A stretch of DNA of 64,000 bases from Longimicrobiales bacterium (GTDB lineage: Bacteria; Gemmatimonadota; Gemmatimonadetes; Longimicrobiales; Gaopeijiaceae), in the NCBI GenBank assembly GCA_965198065.1, contig CBDAON010000004.1, positions 448,001 through 512,000 of the forward strand. Reading direction: 5' to 3'. The notes beneath the pieces were generated by a model. The model made no database searches and had not been told where the DNA came from. It worked only from the letters and a program-made list of their open reading frames with translations. Below, in pieces: positions 39,955 through 51,000 of this stretch. A program made the position numbers and the translations under genes. Position 1 is the first letter of the stretch; each line of letters opens with the position of its first letter.

Positions 39955-41465
39955 CACGGGACTTGGTTCCTCCTCTTCCCATTCGGCTTTGTGGGAGGGC
40001 GCATGCTCCGACTGGCTTGCTTGTCGGCCGGAATGCGCTCGAGAAGGACGGAAGCGGGCTCGTCAGTAGGGTCTTGTGGGACGAGGCGGCCCTCGAACGC
40101 ACGCTTGAGGATGGAGTGACGGAGGCAAGCAGCGTGGTTCAGTTGGCGGATGAGCCCTGTGCCAGCGAATTCCACACTCCGCAGAATGTCAGCGAGACGC
40201 CTGACTACGTGTTTCTGTTCCTGAAGCGGTGGAAGTGGAACAGGAAGCGATCGGAGAACGGTTTGATTGATCGAGGCTAGGTTCACGGACTGTGTCGCCC
40301 GTCGATAGAACCATTCTCGTCCGGTCGAATTGCCGTAGTGCGAGAGGAATTCCGAGGAATAGTCCCGAAGGAACGGCCTCACGCGGAAGACATGATTCTG
40401 ATGTAGACACTCCAACAGGTCTCCACACCACACGCAACCACGTCCGAGTTTGTCCCGATCTCCACCTTCATTGAAGAGCACATCGCCCGACTCTAAAGAA
40501 TACCGGCGAATCTCGTCGTCCGAAGCCAAAATAGTCTTGACCACTCTCAGGTCGAGGCGACCCCTCTGCACGTTGGCTACGCGAAGATAGGGAACAGCCC
40601 GACGGGTCACGTCACGCTTCTTGCCACCCTTTGTAATACCGCTCGCTACGTTCCCCACCTGATCCACCGTCGCCCAGCACCACCCTTCGGGCAGCTCGGG
40701 TAGCTCAGTTGTGTTTGGCCCCACGGGTTCCTTGTACTTCTGCTGCCAGTTCTTCGGCGGGTTCTGCCCTTTCGCCTTGAATTTGGCAAGCTGCTCTTCC
40801 TCCCAACGCCTTCTCCGCTCAACCAGAATCCTCTTTAATAGCTCCTCGCCCGTCTCATCGGGCGGATTGTTCCGTCTCCACTGCTCCGTCAGCTTCCCTT
40901 CGACCGCTGCCTTGAGCACCGATGCACGGTAGCGCTTCAGCTTTGCCTGGGCGCGCTCCAGTGCCGCAACGCCCGCATTGAGTTCGGAGAACAGTTCATC
41001 GAGCTTCGCGACGATGCGGTGCTGCTCTTGGATGGAAGGGAGGACAAGGGGCAGCTTCCGCATCGACCCCTGGGTCAACTTTAGTCGGGTTGTACCACTG
41101 ACGTAGTGGCGATAGTTGAGAGAATTCAACAGGTGAAGGAGAAACCGATTCTCCAAAAGGCCATTCTTGCCCTTGAGGATATGTGCGTGGTTATTGACCC
41201 AGAATCTCCCACGCACCAGGTAGGCTGTCGGCCGGGACGGATCGAGGAAGGGAGCACCGTCTTCGCCAAGTAGGACGTACTCCCCGTCACACTTGTAACC
41301 GTCAATCCAGTCAACTTGACCTGTTGCCCCGTAGTATGGGTACTCCCCCTGGCGCGTGGAGCGCTCTTTTGAGTTGACGGGCTCGCGGAGATTGTCATGG
41401 ATATCGACGGCTTCCTCAAGAGCCAAGGATACCCAGCGGCTGGGAACGGAGGCAGTCTGACTCAC
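39954..41465 (-). CDS. hsdS: Type I R-M specificity subunit
   Basis: Two TRDs with P..EQ.RIV repeats, LP.GW, SILKRAFEGRL. Confidence 0.93.
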   Translation of the reverse strand: MSQTASVPSRWVSLALEEAVDIHDNLREPVNSKERSTRQGEYPYYGATGQVDWIDGYKCDGEYVLLGEDGAPFLDPSRPTAYLVRGRFWVNNHAHILKGKNGLLENRFLLHLLNSLNYRHYVSGTTRLKLTQGSMRKLPLVLPSIQEQHRIVAKLDELFSELNAGVAALERAQAKLKRYRASVLKAAVEGKLTEQWRRNNPPDETGEELLKRILVERRRRWEEEQLAKFKAKGQNPPKNWQQKYKEPVGPNTTELPELPEGWCWATVDQVGNVASGITKGGKKRDVTRRAVPYLRVANVQRGRLDLRVVKTILASDDEIRRYSLESGDVLFNEGGDRDKLGRGCVWCGDLLECLHQNHVFRVRPFLRDYSSEFLSHYGNSTGREWFYRRATQSVNLASINQTVLRSLPVPLPPLQEQKHVVRRLADILRSVEFAGTGLIRQLNHAACLRHSILKRAFEGRLVPQDPTDEPASVLLERIPADKQASRSMRPPTKPNGKRRNQVP

Positions 41466-44257
41466 GCAGCCAACCTCTCGTTCAACTCACCCAGCACGAC
41501 TGTGAGCTGGGCACCGAAGACCTGGTGCGCCTTCCCGAGCCCACCCATCTGACTGAAGGGCACCTCTTGGAAGTCGTCCTGCTCGATGCTCAGAGCATTC
41601 GCGATGTGGTCCTTGATGGCGTCTAACCAGAGTCCCTGCTCGGGCGTAAAGACTAAGCCTGTCGCCTCCTTCTCCCCTCTCCACTCCCGATACCGCGATT
41701 CAACTGTCTCAGCGACAGGCTCGAGGGGCTGCTCGGGTGTGATCGCGTGCTTTATGATGGCCACAAGGTCGACGAGGGCGTTCCCTCTTGCCCCTGTCAC
41801 GCTCTGGGGCTCTACGGCGGTGTACATGGACCAGAGCTGGTTGATAGGGTCGTGCAGGGACAGTGGCGGCTTCTTCAGTTCCTCAGCCAGTTTCTTGACG
41901 TGTCGGTATCGCAGACCAGCACGATACGGCCGAGAGTAGAGGATCTGGAGGGCTTCGATCTCGTCTTTGTTATCCTCGATGAACTGCCTGAAGTTGGCGA
42001 GCTTCGAGCGGGCGTCGTCGAGAGCGGCCTGATCATACTCAGCCCGTATCAATTCGTCCTGGGTGAGCTCGTCGATGACCTGTTCGAGGATCCGTCGGAC
42101 GTTCAGGATCGTGTCACGCAGCTCAGGCCGATGGAACGGCTTCAACGCCTCCGTCATCTCCTCGCGTTCGACCTTGGCGAGCTGCTTCTCAGTTGGCGCC
42201 TGTTCCTCGGTCAGATCGAACTTCCGTACGGTCAGCTCTCGCGTTCGGTCAGGATCGATACTGGCGAGGAGATTGGCTGCGAGCGTCCCCGGTTCGCTGC
42301 CGTCCGCCTGCTCCGCTATCTCGGATCGCTGCTCGTCTCCTATCTGCCTGTCGAGCCGTGTCAGCCGAGACGCTAGGGTCGAGACGATGTCAGCGTGGAC
42401 GATCCCTTGGGCAACCTGCTGGAGGATTTTGTCAAGCCCGACAGTCGGCTGCCGATCGAACGGCTTCGACAACGACTTGTCGTTCTCACAGACGCCAACC
42501 GCATCCACAACCACAAAGTGCGTCTTCTGCTTCGCGTCGGGCGTCACGCTCTGAAGGTCGTTGGGATTGATGATGCGTACCCCTCGGCCCTTCATCTGCT
42601 CAAAGTACGAGAGCGACCTGATATTCCGCATGAAGAGCAGGCACTCCAATGCCTTCACATCCGTGCCCGTCGCGATCATGTCCACCGTAACCGCGATGCG
42701 CGGGTTGAACGAGTTTCTGAATTGGGCCAGCAGGTCCTCGGGCGCGACACCCGTTGTCTTACTCGTGATCTTCTGGCAGAACTCGTTGCCCTTGCCGAAC
42801 TCCTCTCGGATGATATTGACGATATCCTCGGCATGGTTGTCGGTCTTGGCGAAGACGAGTGTCTTGGGGACTTCAGTGCGACCGGGGAAAATCTCAGTCG
42901 GAAGCCGGTCCCTGAAGGTTCGTACGACAAGTCGAATCTGATCTTCGGCGACCACATCGCGGTCGAGTTGGGTCGAGCTATAGGTGAGGTCATCCTCCAG
43001 TTCCTTAAGCGTCCGCTCCTTCGTGCGCCTATCTCGATGCGGCACGTAGGTGCGAGCACTGATCCGGCCGCCCTGCTGCGTGATTTTCGTATCGATGCGG
43101 TACACCGAGTATCCAACGTTCACCCCATCGGCTACTGCTCGTTCGTGCGAATAGTCCTGCACGACGTTGTTCTTGAAAAAGCCAATGGTCTGGGGCGTCG
43201 GCGTCGCTGTAAGGCCGATGGTGAAGGCGTCGAAGTAGTCGAGCACCTGGCGCCAGACGTTGTAGATCGAGCGGTGACACTCGTCCACTACAACGAAGTC
43301 GAAGGTCTCGATGGGCACGCTCGGGCTGTACTCCACGGGCACAGGGTCTTTCGTCGCAGGGCTGCCCGACTCGAACATCGAGCCCTCCTCGCGCTCCGCC
43401 TCGAACTCTTCGTCGCCCCTCAGGATTGCGTACAGCCGCTGGATCGTCGTGATGATCACCTTGCTAGCGGGGTCGATGGCGTTGCCTCTTAGGTGCTGAA
43501 CGACGTATTCGTTTGTGAAAGAGTCGTTCGTCTGGGGGCTGACGAACTGCTGGAACTCGTTCAGCGTCTGTCGGGCCAGGTTGTTGCGGTCCACCAGGAA
43601 TAGGATCCGCTTTGCCTTTCCAAACTTGATGAGGCGGTAGCAAAACGAGCACGCCGTGTAGGTCTTGCCGCTCCCGGTGGCCATCTGGATGAGTGCGCGC
43701 GGGCGGTTTGCCGCAAGGGACCGCTCTAGGTTCGTGATGGCTTCGCGTTGGACCGGCCATAGCCGCCCAGGCTCCAGCACCGGCATCTCGCGCAGGTTGC
43801 TGCGCAGTTGGCACTGGAGCTCTACCAACCGCTTCAGCTCCTCCGGACTGTGGAACGTGAAGACTTCTCGGCTCCGGTGGTCGGGGTCTAGGCCGTTCGT
43901 GAAGTGGGTGATCTTGCCCGTCGACTCATACGCGAACGGTAGGGGCAACCGGTAGTTCGGGATCCCCTCGGGGAGACCCTCGGTGTACCGTTTGGACTGG
44001 GGTTCGACGCCTCTCAGCGGATACCCTGCCGGCTTCGCCTCGACGACCCCGATCGCGCGTCCGTCGGCGTAGAGCAGGTAGTCGGCGGACCCAGTGCAGG
44101 TCTTCGCGCCTTCCTTCCACCTGAGCGGATACTCCCGAACAGCCACGCCGAGCCCCGCATGGATGTTCATGGACGTGAAGTCCTGAACCACCCATCCGCA
44201 GGCTTCGAGCTGCTCGTCGATCTCCTCGCGGGCTAGCTGTTCAGGAGTCAGTGGCAC
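41462..44257 (-). CDS. hsdR: Type I R-M restriction subunit
   Basis: ADY...VVEAK nuclease, MATGSGKT, DECHR, LTATP, QMKGRG. Confidence 0.93.
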   Translation of the reverse strand: MPLTPEQLAREEIDEQLEACGWVVQDFTSMNIHAGLGVAVREYPLRWKEGAKTCTGSADYLLYADGRAIGVVEAKPAGYPLRGVEPQSKRYTEGLPEGIPNYRLPLPFAYESTGKITHFTNGLDPDHRSREVFTFHSPEELKRLVELQCQLRSNLREMPVLEPGRLWPVQREAITNLERSLAANRPRALIQMATGSGKTYTACSFCYRLIKFGKAKRILFLVDRNNLARQTLNEFQQFVSPQTNDSFTNEYVVQHLRGNAIDPASKVIITTIQRLYAILRGDEEFEAEREEGSMFESGSPATKDPVPVEYSPSVPIETFDFVVVDECHRSIYNVWRQVLDYFDAFTIGLTATPTPQTIGFFKNNVVQDYSHERAVADGVNVGYSVYRIDTKITQQGGRISARTYVPHRDRRTKERTLKELEDDLTYSSTQLDRDVVAEDQIRLVVRTFRDRLPTEIFPGRTEVPKTLVFAKTDNHAEDIVNIIREEFGKGNEFCQKITSKTTGVAPEDLLAQFRNSFNPRIAVTVDMIATGTDVKALECLLFMRNIRSLSYFEQMKGRGVRIINPNDLQSVTPDAKQKTHFVVVDAVGVCENDKSLSKPFDRQPTVGLDKILQQVAQGIVHADIVSTLASRLTRLDRQIGDEQRSEIAEQADGSEPGTLAANLLASIDPDRTRELTVRKFDLTEEQAPTEKQLAKVEREEMTEALKPFHRPELRDTILNVRRILEQVIDELTQDELIRAEYDQAALDDARSKLANFRQFIEDNKDEIEALQILYSRPYRAGLRYRHVKKLAEELKKPPLSLHDPINQLWSMYTAVEPQSVTGARGNALVDLVAIIKHAITPEQPLEPVAETVESRYREWRGEKEATGLVFTPEQGLWLDAIKDHIANALSIEQDDFQEVPFSQMGGLGKAHQVFGAQLTVVLGELNERLAA

Positions 44258-44450
44258 GGGAATGCATTCTCTTTTGGGGTTGTTTCAGGAGCTCAAGGAT
44301 TCTTCGAGAGTCGGGTGCTGGGGCTGTTCGTGAGACGGACGAAGGGGGCGGGGAGTTGGGCCCCTGGAGGAGAAGCTGACGAATCTCGAGACGGCCACGA
44401 CGACGGCCGGCCTTGAGGTGACGACGCTGCTTCGCGAGCAAGTGGCTGGA

Positions 44451-44738
44451 TCACGCCGCCACAAAACTCTCCACCGCGATCTCCTCGGCGCGGCCGCGGG
44501 CCTGCCAAAGATCGTAGGCCATCTGCATCCCCAGCCAGGTCTCGGGCGTCGAGCCGAAGGCCTTAGACAGCCGTATCGCCATCTCTACCGAAACCCCCGT
44601 GCGCTCGTTCACCAACTCCGAAAGCGCCTGCCGGGTAACGCCCAACCCTTCGGCAGCACGGGTCACGGTCAGACCCAGGGGTTCGAGGCATTGCCGCTTC
44701 ACGATACCGCCCGGATGCGGAGGGTTGTGCATCGCCAT
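44451..44738 (-). CDS. higA: HigA antitoxin
   Basis: PPHPG, HTH, MAIRLSK, WLGMQ..YDL. Confidence 0.92.
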   Translation of the reverse strand: MAMHNPPHPGGIVKRQCLEPLGLTVTRAAEGLGVTRQALSELVNERTGVSVEMAIRLSKAFGSTPETWLGMQMAYDLWQARGRAEEIAVESFVAA

Positions 44739-44751
44739 GATCAGCTCCTCC

Positions 44752-45030
44752 TCAGTGATAATCCACGTAGTTCACATCGACCGCCGCGCCGTCCTCGAAC
44801 CGGAAGGTCACGCGCCAGTTGCCGGATACCGAAACCGCGTAGTGCCCCTTCAGCGGCCCCTTGAGTGCGTGTAACCGGAACCCCGGCAGACTCATGCCCT
44901 CCGGCCCCCGGCTGAAATCGAGTGCCGCCAGGATGTCCCGCAACCTGCCTACATGCTCCGGCGCGACTCGCTGTGCCGTCCTTCCCTCATAGAGCGCCTT
45001 CAGCCCCCGGTGGCGGAACGATGCAATCAC
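44752..45030 (-). CDS. higB: HigB (RelE-family) toxin
   Basis: SFRHRGLK, LHALKG, SVSGNWRVTFRF, DYH. Confidence 0.92.
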   Translation of the reverse strand: MIASFRHRGLKALYEGRTAQRVAPEHVGRLRDILAALDFSRGPEGMSLPGFRLHALKGPLKGHYAVSVSGNWRVTFRFEDGAAVDVNYVDYH

Positions 45031-45331
45031 TGCGGAATTCTAGTCCGTCGCCTGTCAAATGACAATTGGCGATCCCAGATGCGGTCGGTTCACACGGTAG
45101 TGCGGCGGCCTTCTCATTCGGACAGCTAACACCGGGGCTGATCCGCCACGATGCGTTCAGAACGTCGTTCCCTATCCCGCTCCCCAGCGGGTACGCGGCG
45201 CCGGGGCGCCCGAGCCCGTATGCAGCGGTAGCCGTTCGGGTCACTCCCAGCAACGGCAGCTTGGCGACCCTTTCCTCCGCGGGCTGCTAGGAGTCGCCAC
45301 AGCTTTGCGCGGCTCCCTCGGTGTACTTCAC

Positions 45332-45461
45332 GCGTCCGTTGGCGGAGCCCGGTCCGCCTCTAGTACGTCGCTGGAACACCTGGGACATCGCCTCTTTGCC
45401 CGTTGTTGACACAGCAAAAAGCAGCCTCCTCAATGTACGGGTATGGCGATTTTGACGGCCC
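45332..45461. repeat. ~130-bp non-coding repeat, copy B
   Basis: Collinear with 36356-36488. Confidence 0.8.
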
Positions 45462-45504
45462 AGTGTTCCGAGCGTCGGCGGGCGAGTTTGGCCGCTACGG
45501 CGGG

Positions 45505-45590
45505 AGAGCCAGCCTACCCTTTGGGGCCACGCTTCGCGGGTCCCCGGCAGGGGCTGGCGGGGGGCCGTGCCCCCTCTGACCCCCCCAACG
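45505..45590 (-). other. ColE1-like oriT; predicted nic between 45509 and 45508
   Basis: Minus strand GGGGGGTCAGAGGGGGCACGGCCCCC..., hairpin, GGGTAGGCTGG^CTCT; resembles the ColE1 nic CTGG^CTTA and lies in the same orientation relative to mbeC. Confidence 0.55.
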
Positions 45591-45600
45591 GCAACGGCAC

Positions 45601-45942
45601 ATGAGGGGCGCTGGACGCGACGTGTGGGTGAAGCTCCGCGCCAGCGAGGCGGAGCGTGCCGAGTGGCACGCGAAGGCGCGCTCTGCAGGGTTGACGCTGT
45701 CGGATCTGGTGCGCCGGTCGGTGGGCCGGGTGCGCACCTGGACCGTGGCGCACGCCGAGGTGGAGCGAGAGCGGACCCGCGAGCTGGCGCGGATCGGGGC
45801 GAACCTGAACCAGATCGCCCGCTGGGCCAATACCTTCAAAGCGAACGCCGAGACCGTCGAGATCGTCGCCCACCTGGTCGCCATCGAGCGGGCGCTCGCA
45901 GCGTTGGCCCCCGTCGTCCGCCCCGACGCCGATGCACATTAA
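45601..45942 (+). CDS. mbeC: MbeC/MobC relaxosome accessory protein
   Basis: RHH-like N-terminus; ELARIGANLNQIAR. Confidence 0.9.
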   Translation: MRGAGRDVWVKLRASEAERAEWHAKARSAGLTLSDLVRRSVGRVRTWTVAHAEVERERTRELARIGANLNQIARWANTFKANAETVEIVAHLVAIERALAALAPVVRPDADAH

Positions 45943-47431
45943 GTTCTTGGCCCGCGGAACCGGCTCGGCCCGGGAGGCGGCCGACTACCTCCTCGGGGTG
46001 CGGGACGCGACGGGGCAACTGCGCGAGGGCGTGGAGGTCCTCCAGGGGGATCCCCATCGGGTGGCCGCGGTGGCCGACGCGCTGGCGTTCGAGCACAAGT
46101 ACACGTCGGGCGTGATCGCCTGGGCACCGGACGACACTCCGAGCGACGCGCAGATCGGCGCGGTCATCGATGCCTTTGAACAGACGGCCTGGGCGGGGCT
46201 CGAGCCCGACCGCTACGCCTGGGCGGCCGTGGTGCATCGGGAGCGCGACGGCGGCGTTCACGTGCATGTCCTCGCCGCGCGATGCGACCTGGAGACCGGC
46301 CGGAGCCTCAACATCGCGCCGCCGGGCTGGCAGAAGACATTCGACCCGCTCCGCGACGCCTTCAACGCCGAGGAGGGCTGGAGCCGGCCGGATGACCCGG
46401 CGCGGGCGCGGGTGCAGCAACCCGGGCACCGCGCCTACGTCGAGGCGGCGCACCTGCGTGCCGGCCTCGCGCTCGAGCCCGCCCCCCGCGACCTGATCCG
46501 GGACTACCTGCTCCAGCGTGTCGAGCACGGCACGGTACGGAATAGGGCCGATATCGTCGCCGCCCTGCGGGAGGCGGGCCTGGAGGTGCCGCGCCAGGGC
46601 CAGGACTACCTGACGGCTCTGGATCCCACGACGGGGGACCGGTGGCGTCTGAAAGGAGAGGTGTACGCACATGACTTCAAACGCGAACGACTTGACCGAG
46701 CGATTGCGCAGACGGCTGGAGAGCGAACGCCAGGCGATCGAGGAATTGACCGCGAGCGAGCTCGAGCGGCTCGGCGCGAACTCCAGGCGCGTTGCGAGCA
46801 ACGCGCTACGTACCATCGAACGCAATACGGCGGTGGCGACCGGGCGGATGCGCGCGCTCCTGCTCAAGGCCTGGCTCCGGCCCCTGGTAGTCGGCCTGAG
46901 CCTCTGGCTCGGCATCTGCGGCGGGAGCTGGGCGACGCTGCACTGGCTGTCGACGCGCATCCAGGCCCGGATCGAGACGGCCGCCGCCCTCGACCTGGAT
47001 ATCGGGGAGGCACGCCAGACCCTGGCGCGGCTCGAGGCGACCACCTGGGGAATCGCGCTTCGGGAGATCGAGGGGGAGCGGTTCGTGGTGCTGCCGGCCG
47101 GCGCGCTCGCCTATCCGCCTTGGACCGTGGACACTCGGCCGGCCGTGAAGCTATCGAACGAGTGAAGGAGCTCTATGACCGCGTTAGAACAGCAGTTGAC
47201 GAAGGCCTTGCGGGCGTTGTCCGCGCAGTACGAGCAGGCGCAGCAGCAGCACGCCGCGCAGGTCGAGACCTTGCGGCGGCAGGTCGAAGCCTTGGAGCGG
47301 CAGGTCGCGCAGCTCAGCGGGCAAGCGACATACTTGGCCCGGGACTACAGGACGCTCGCCGAGACGTTGCGCGGGCGCTGGAGCTGATGCGCCAGCGGGG
47401 GCGAGAGCGCGATCATGGTCCGAGCCGCTAA
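45932..47431 (+). CDS. mbeA: ColE1-family (MOBP5-like) relaxase
   Basis: MHIKF..RGTG...DYLLG, KYTSGV, GL, VHRE..GVHVHV; tail ERDHGPSR. Confidence 0.88.
   Translation: MHIKFLARGTGSAREAADYLLGVRDATGQLREGVEVLQGDPHRVAAVADALAFEHKYTSGVIAWAPDDTPSDAQIGAVIDAFEQTAWAGLEPDRYAWAAVVHRERDGGVHVHVLAARCDLETGRSLNIAPPGWQKTFDPLRDAFNAEEGWSRPDDPARARVQQPGHRAYVEAAHLRAGLALEPAPRDLIRDYLLQRVEHGTVRNRADIVAALREAGLEVPRQGQDYLTALDPTTGDRWRLKGEVYAHDFKRERLDRAIAQTAGERTPGDRGIDRERARAARRELQARCEQRATYHRTQYGGGDRADARAPAQGLAPAPGSRPEPLARHLRRELGDAALAVDAHPGPDRDGRRPRPGYRGGTPDPGAARGDHLGNRASGDRGGAVRGAAGRRARLSALDRGHSAGREAIERVKELYDRVRTAVDEGLAGVVRAVRAGAAAARRAGRDLAAAGRSLGAAGRAAQRASDILGPGLQDARRDVARALELMRQRGRERDHGPSR
46671..47165 (+). CDS. mbeB: MbeB-like protein nested in mbeA in another frame
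   Basis: Coiled coil, TM segment, TWGI...RFVVLP as in ColE1 MbeB. Confidence 0.75.
   Translation: MTSNANDLTERLRRRLESERQAIEELTASELERLGANSRRVASNALRTIERNTAVATGRMRALLLKAWLRPLVVGLSLWLGICGGSWATLHWLSTRIQARIETAAALDLDIGEARQTLARLEATTWGIALREIEGERFVVLPAGALAYPPWTVDTRPAVKLSNE
47175..47387 (+). CDS. mbeD: MbeD-like protein nested in mbeA
   Basis: AAGGAG RBS; MTALEQQLTKAL..L..QY coiled coil. Confidence 0.78.
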   Translation: MTALEQQLTKALRALSAQYEQAQQQHAAQVETLRRQVEALERQVAQLSGQATYLARDYRTLAETLRGRWS

Positions 47432-47547
47432 TGGTTCTAGGCAGCCAATCGGCGCTCGAACAGGTCCGTTCGCTCGACAACCTCGTCCACGGGCGTCTTC
47501 GATCGCCCCATGGATTCCCGTTCAGAAAGAGGGATGGATTGAGGGGA

Positions 47548-47760
47548 TCAGCGTGGGTTCTCTTCGACGGCTACGCCCTGCGCGATGAGGGCATGGACGG
47601 AGCGGCGCACCTTCTCGGTGTAGCACCCCAGAAACCTCGTCCACTGCGCCCGGGTGAAGACGCCGCCGTGGAGACTGGCCAGGACGATCCATTCGGCCCG
47701 GCGTCCCGTCCAGCCCAAGCGCTCCAGCGCCTTCTCGCGTCCCTTCGGATGGGCGATCAT
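47548..47760 (-). pseudogene. N-terminal fragment homologous to 11772-12707
   Basis: MIAHPKGREKALERLGWTGRRAEWIVLASLHGGVFTR. Confidence 0.85.
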
Positions 47761-48013
47761 CGCTGCCGCTTTCTCCCTGTGACCCTGCCTGGTTGGCAGG
47801 ACATCGTGCCGCAAGGACTTCAGCGCGAAGACGGGGAGAGAAGCAGAGAGATGAAGGGTGGAACGATGAGAGGATATGAAGTTGAACGGAACGCGTCGTC
47901 GCTGGCGAGAGTGGGGAAGTCGGGTTGAGACGGTCAAGTCTGATCCCAAGGCGGTCGGGCGGACGACTTGGCCATGGTGGCTCAGTTAGGAAGCAGCGCT
48001 GTCCAGGCCGATG

Positions 48014-51000
48014 TCATACGATACCCTCAAGGGCATAACGCCGATCCAGGTACGGGTGCGCAAATTGGTTGCGGTAGCTGCGCAGGCAACCGTAGCAGCT
48101 CGAGTCGCAGCCGCAGTTTCCCTGAACTCGCTGCCTCGCGTTGGCGAGTATTTCGTCGAATAGAATCTCCTGCTCCATTTGGGCCACCAGCCCGGCGCCG
48201 CCGGGCACGTTGTCGTACAGCACGATGGCGGACTCGCCGGGATTGGTTCCGACAGCGATCGTTACGTTCAGGTCCGTGTCCGGAACGTCCAGAGTTTCCG
48301 CCGCGCCGAGTAGCATCGCATACGCGACCGAATAAGCGGCCCACTCGCCGTGCAATCCCGAAAACTGCAGACGCACGACATCGGTCACCAGTTCGTGGCC
48401 CAGCGAGAACCGTCCCAGCGTCCCGCTGCATGGAGAGTCCGACGGTGAATTGTGCGTCGCCTTGGGCTCGGTCATATGCGCACCGCAAGAACGGCAGATA
48501 AGGAAACCCTCCCGCTTCCTGCCCTCGCAAAGGATAACGAGGGTCCCGGGTTGAGCCTTTGTTACCTGGACGCCGGAGAGGTACGTGGTTTCGGGTAGGT
48601 CATCGTCGTCAAAGCCTCGAAAGAACGGTCGCGTCGTATACAGGCGACGCGCTCGCCCGTGCGGCTCCTTCGGTTGCTTGAAGAGCGGCGTTACGAACCC
48701 GAACTCCGGTATCAGGTACTTTCGTACATTGGGCGGTGCGGTCGGATCGCCTTCGTTCCATTGCTTGAAACTGCGCGCGTCGTCGTATCGATAATGCCGA
48801 ACGGGCCATTCCTTACCGGAGACCTTCTTCACGCCGCAGGATTCCCACTCCAGTTTCCTGGCCACCACCTTGCCGCCGGGGGCATATTCGGCGATGGCCT
48901 GCGACAAATCCCGCTGGAGCGCAACGCCCGTGCGGTTGCCGTCCTGGGGACGAGTATCGAGTTCGACGACATCCACGGGAAACCCGTACTTCGGGATGAC
49001 CGCCTTGCGGGACAGAAAATTAAGCGTCTGCTCGCCGGCGATGGTCTTCATACGGGCTTCCACTCTGTTCGTGCCTTTGCGCCGGTTGAACAGATCCTGC
49101 CGGTGGCGCTCCATGTCGACATAGTCCGAGCACACTTCCATCTCCACGGCAGCAAGCCGACTGTCGGACCCCGCAACCTGCTCAGTCCATGTGTCCGCAG
49201 CGAGTCCGGTGCTCTTGTGCAGGAGCTTGGGAACGATCTCGCGCAGTGACGCCGCCAATGCGCTGTTGTTCTCGCAGAATGCCCTCAGGTCCAGCGTTGC
49301 GCGTGGGCTCTGCCAGTCCCCAACCAAGTCCTGTACACGGTTGAATCGCATGGCGTTGCTGCCGAATCTGAAGAAGGCGGACAGGGCGGTGGCCACCATG
49401 TGCCGTAGGACGATCTTCTCGTTCGTCAACCGCAGGCGCGGCGGGTGCACCGCGCCACGGATCACCCGATGTTCTGGATCTTCGTAGTGATACAGGTCAT
49501 GGGGATTCCGGCGGCAGTAGGTCAGAGCCAAGCCTGGCGTGGCCGCTCGCCCCGCCCGCCCCACGCGTTGCGTGTAGTTGAAGGGCTCCGGCGGCACGTT
49601 GCGCAGAAACACCACATCGAGATCGCCGAGATCGACGCCGACCTCGAACGTCGTCGACGAGCTGAGCAGGTGGATCTTGCCCTTCTTAAACCGGTCCTGC
49701 AGTCGGCGCGCCTCGTCGCTGTCAATCTGGGCGGTATGCTCTTCCGCGCTCAGCGCCGGGGGAAGGTCCAAGTCGTCGTAGAGAATCCGATAGTGATTCT
49801 CCTGGAGACGCTCCTGGTTGGCGGGCGTCAGGTCGCCCGGACAACCATTGCGGGGACAGACACCGCGGATGTTGTAGGTGCTCAGGGTTGCGCAGGTGCC
49901 GCATTCCCAGACTGCTGCGGGATGAGCGGGCTTGATGCGCAGCCAAACCGGATCGATCCGAAACGTCCCGTTCGCCGTTCCGCGCGAAAGGATCGGATCG
50001 TCCGGATCATGCCGCAACGCCGTCCACACCTCGTCCATGAGCCCGGTTGATTCCGACCGCTTCTGTTCCGCTGACAGGCCGGAGTCCGCGAGCAACCGGT
50101 CCAGGAAATGGCTGACGACTGCGGACTGAGGGCCGCCCCATTGCAGAACGCCCCGCCGCCTGCCTGGCGGTCCCTTGCAGTACGCCTGCTGTGGCCAAGG
50201 CGACACGTCGGACCATGCGAGCGACGGTCGTGGCGGCAGATTCATGGCTCGGCGCGGGCGCAACTCGTCCAGCAGGTAGCCGATCAGGCCGCGTGCCTCT
50301 TCCTCCTGGAAACTCCAGGGCGGGTGTAGCATGGATTGCGGCAAACGCAACGAATCTGGTATGGCAACGAACCACTTTACGAGGCCGACGCCGCTCAAGG
50401 ACAGCCTCCTTTCGTCCGTCACCGCCTCCCGCAGAATGGCGGTCAGCACCTTCCGGTTCCTGTCCTCGCTGGTGTCGGATGCCTTCAACAGGCCGGCGCG
50501 TTCCCACTGGACGAGCAAACGGCTCTGGAGATCGCTGATGGACATCCCCCCGCGGTCGACCGGCCCCGCCTTAATCGCCCGCAATATGAGGTTCCGGTCG
50601 CGCAGTTTCTCGTACGAATTCTCCGCATACCAAGCGAAGAACGCCGCCTCTTGGCGGCTGTCCGCGAATGCCAGCACCTTGCGCCGGGGCTCTGGGAGCA
50701 GTTCGTGCAGGGCGGTAGCGATAACAGCGTTCGGTCCGTCGGAGCCGTGCACGATCTCTTGTATGGGGTCGCCGATGCCGCCGCGCCGATACTGGCACGC
50801 CTCGCATCGCTTCATTTGATCGGCGTGGTCCTTGTGGTTCTCACACCGTCTCACGCGAACCGTCGCTCCGCATTCGCACGCCGGCGGCGAGCCCGAGAGC
50901 GCACCGCAGCGCCGACACAGAAGTTGGCCCCCGTCCTCAGCTGGCAGATAGTAGTCCACGCCGAAGTCCGAGTGGCTCGGATCGCGGATGGCCTCCCGAA

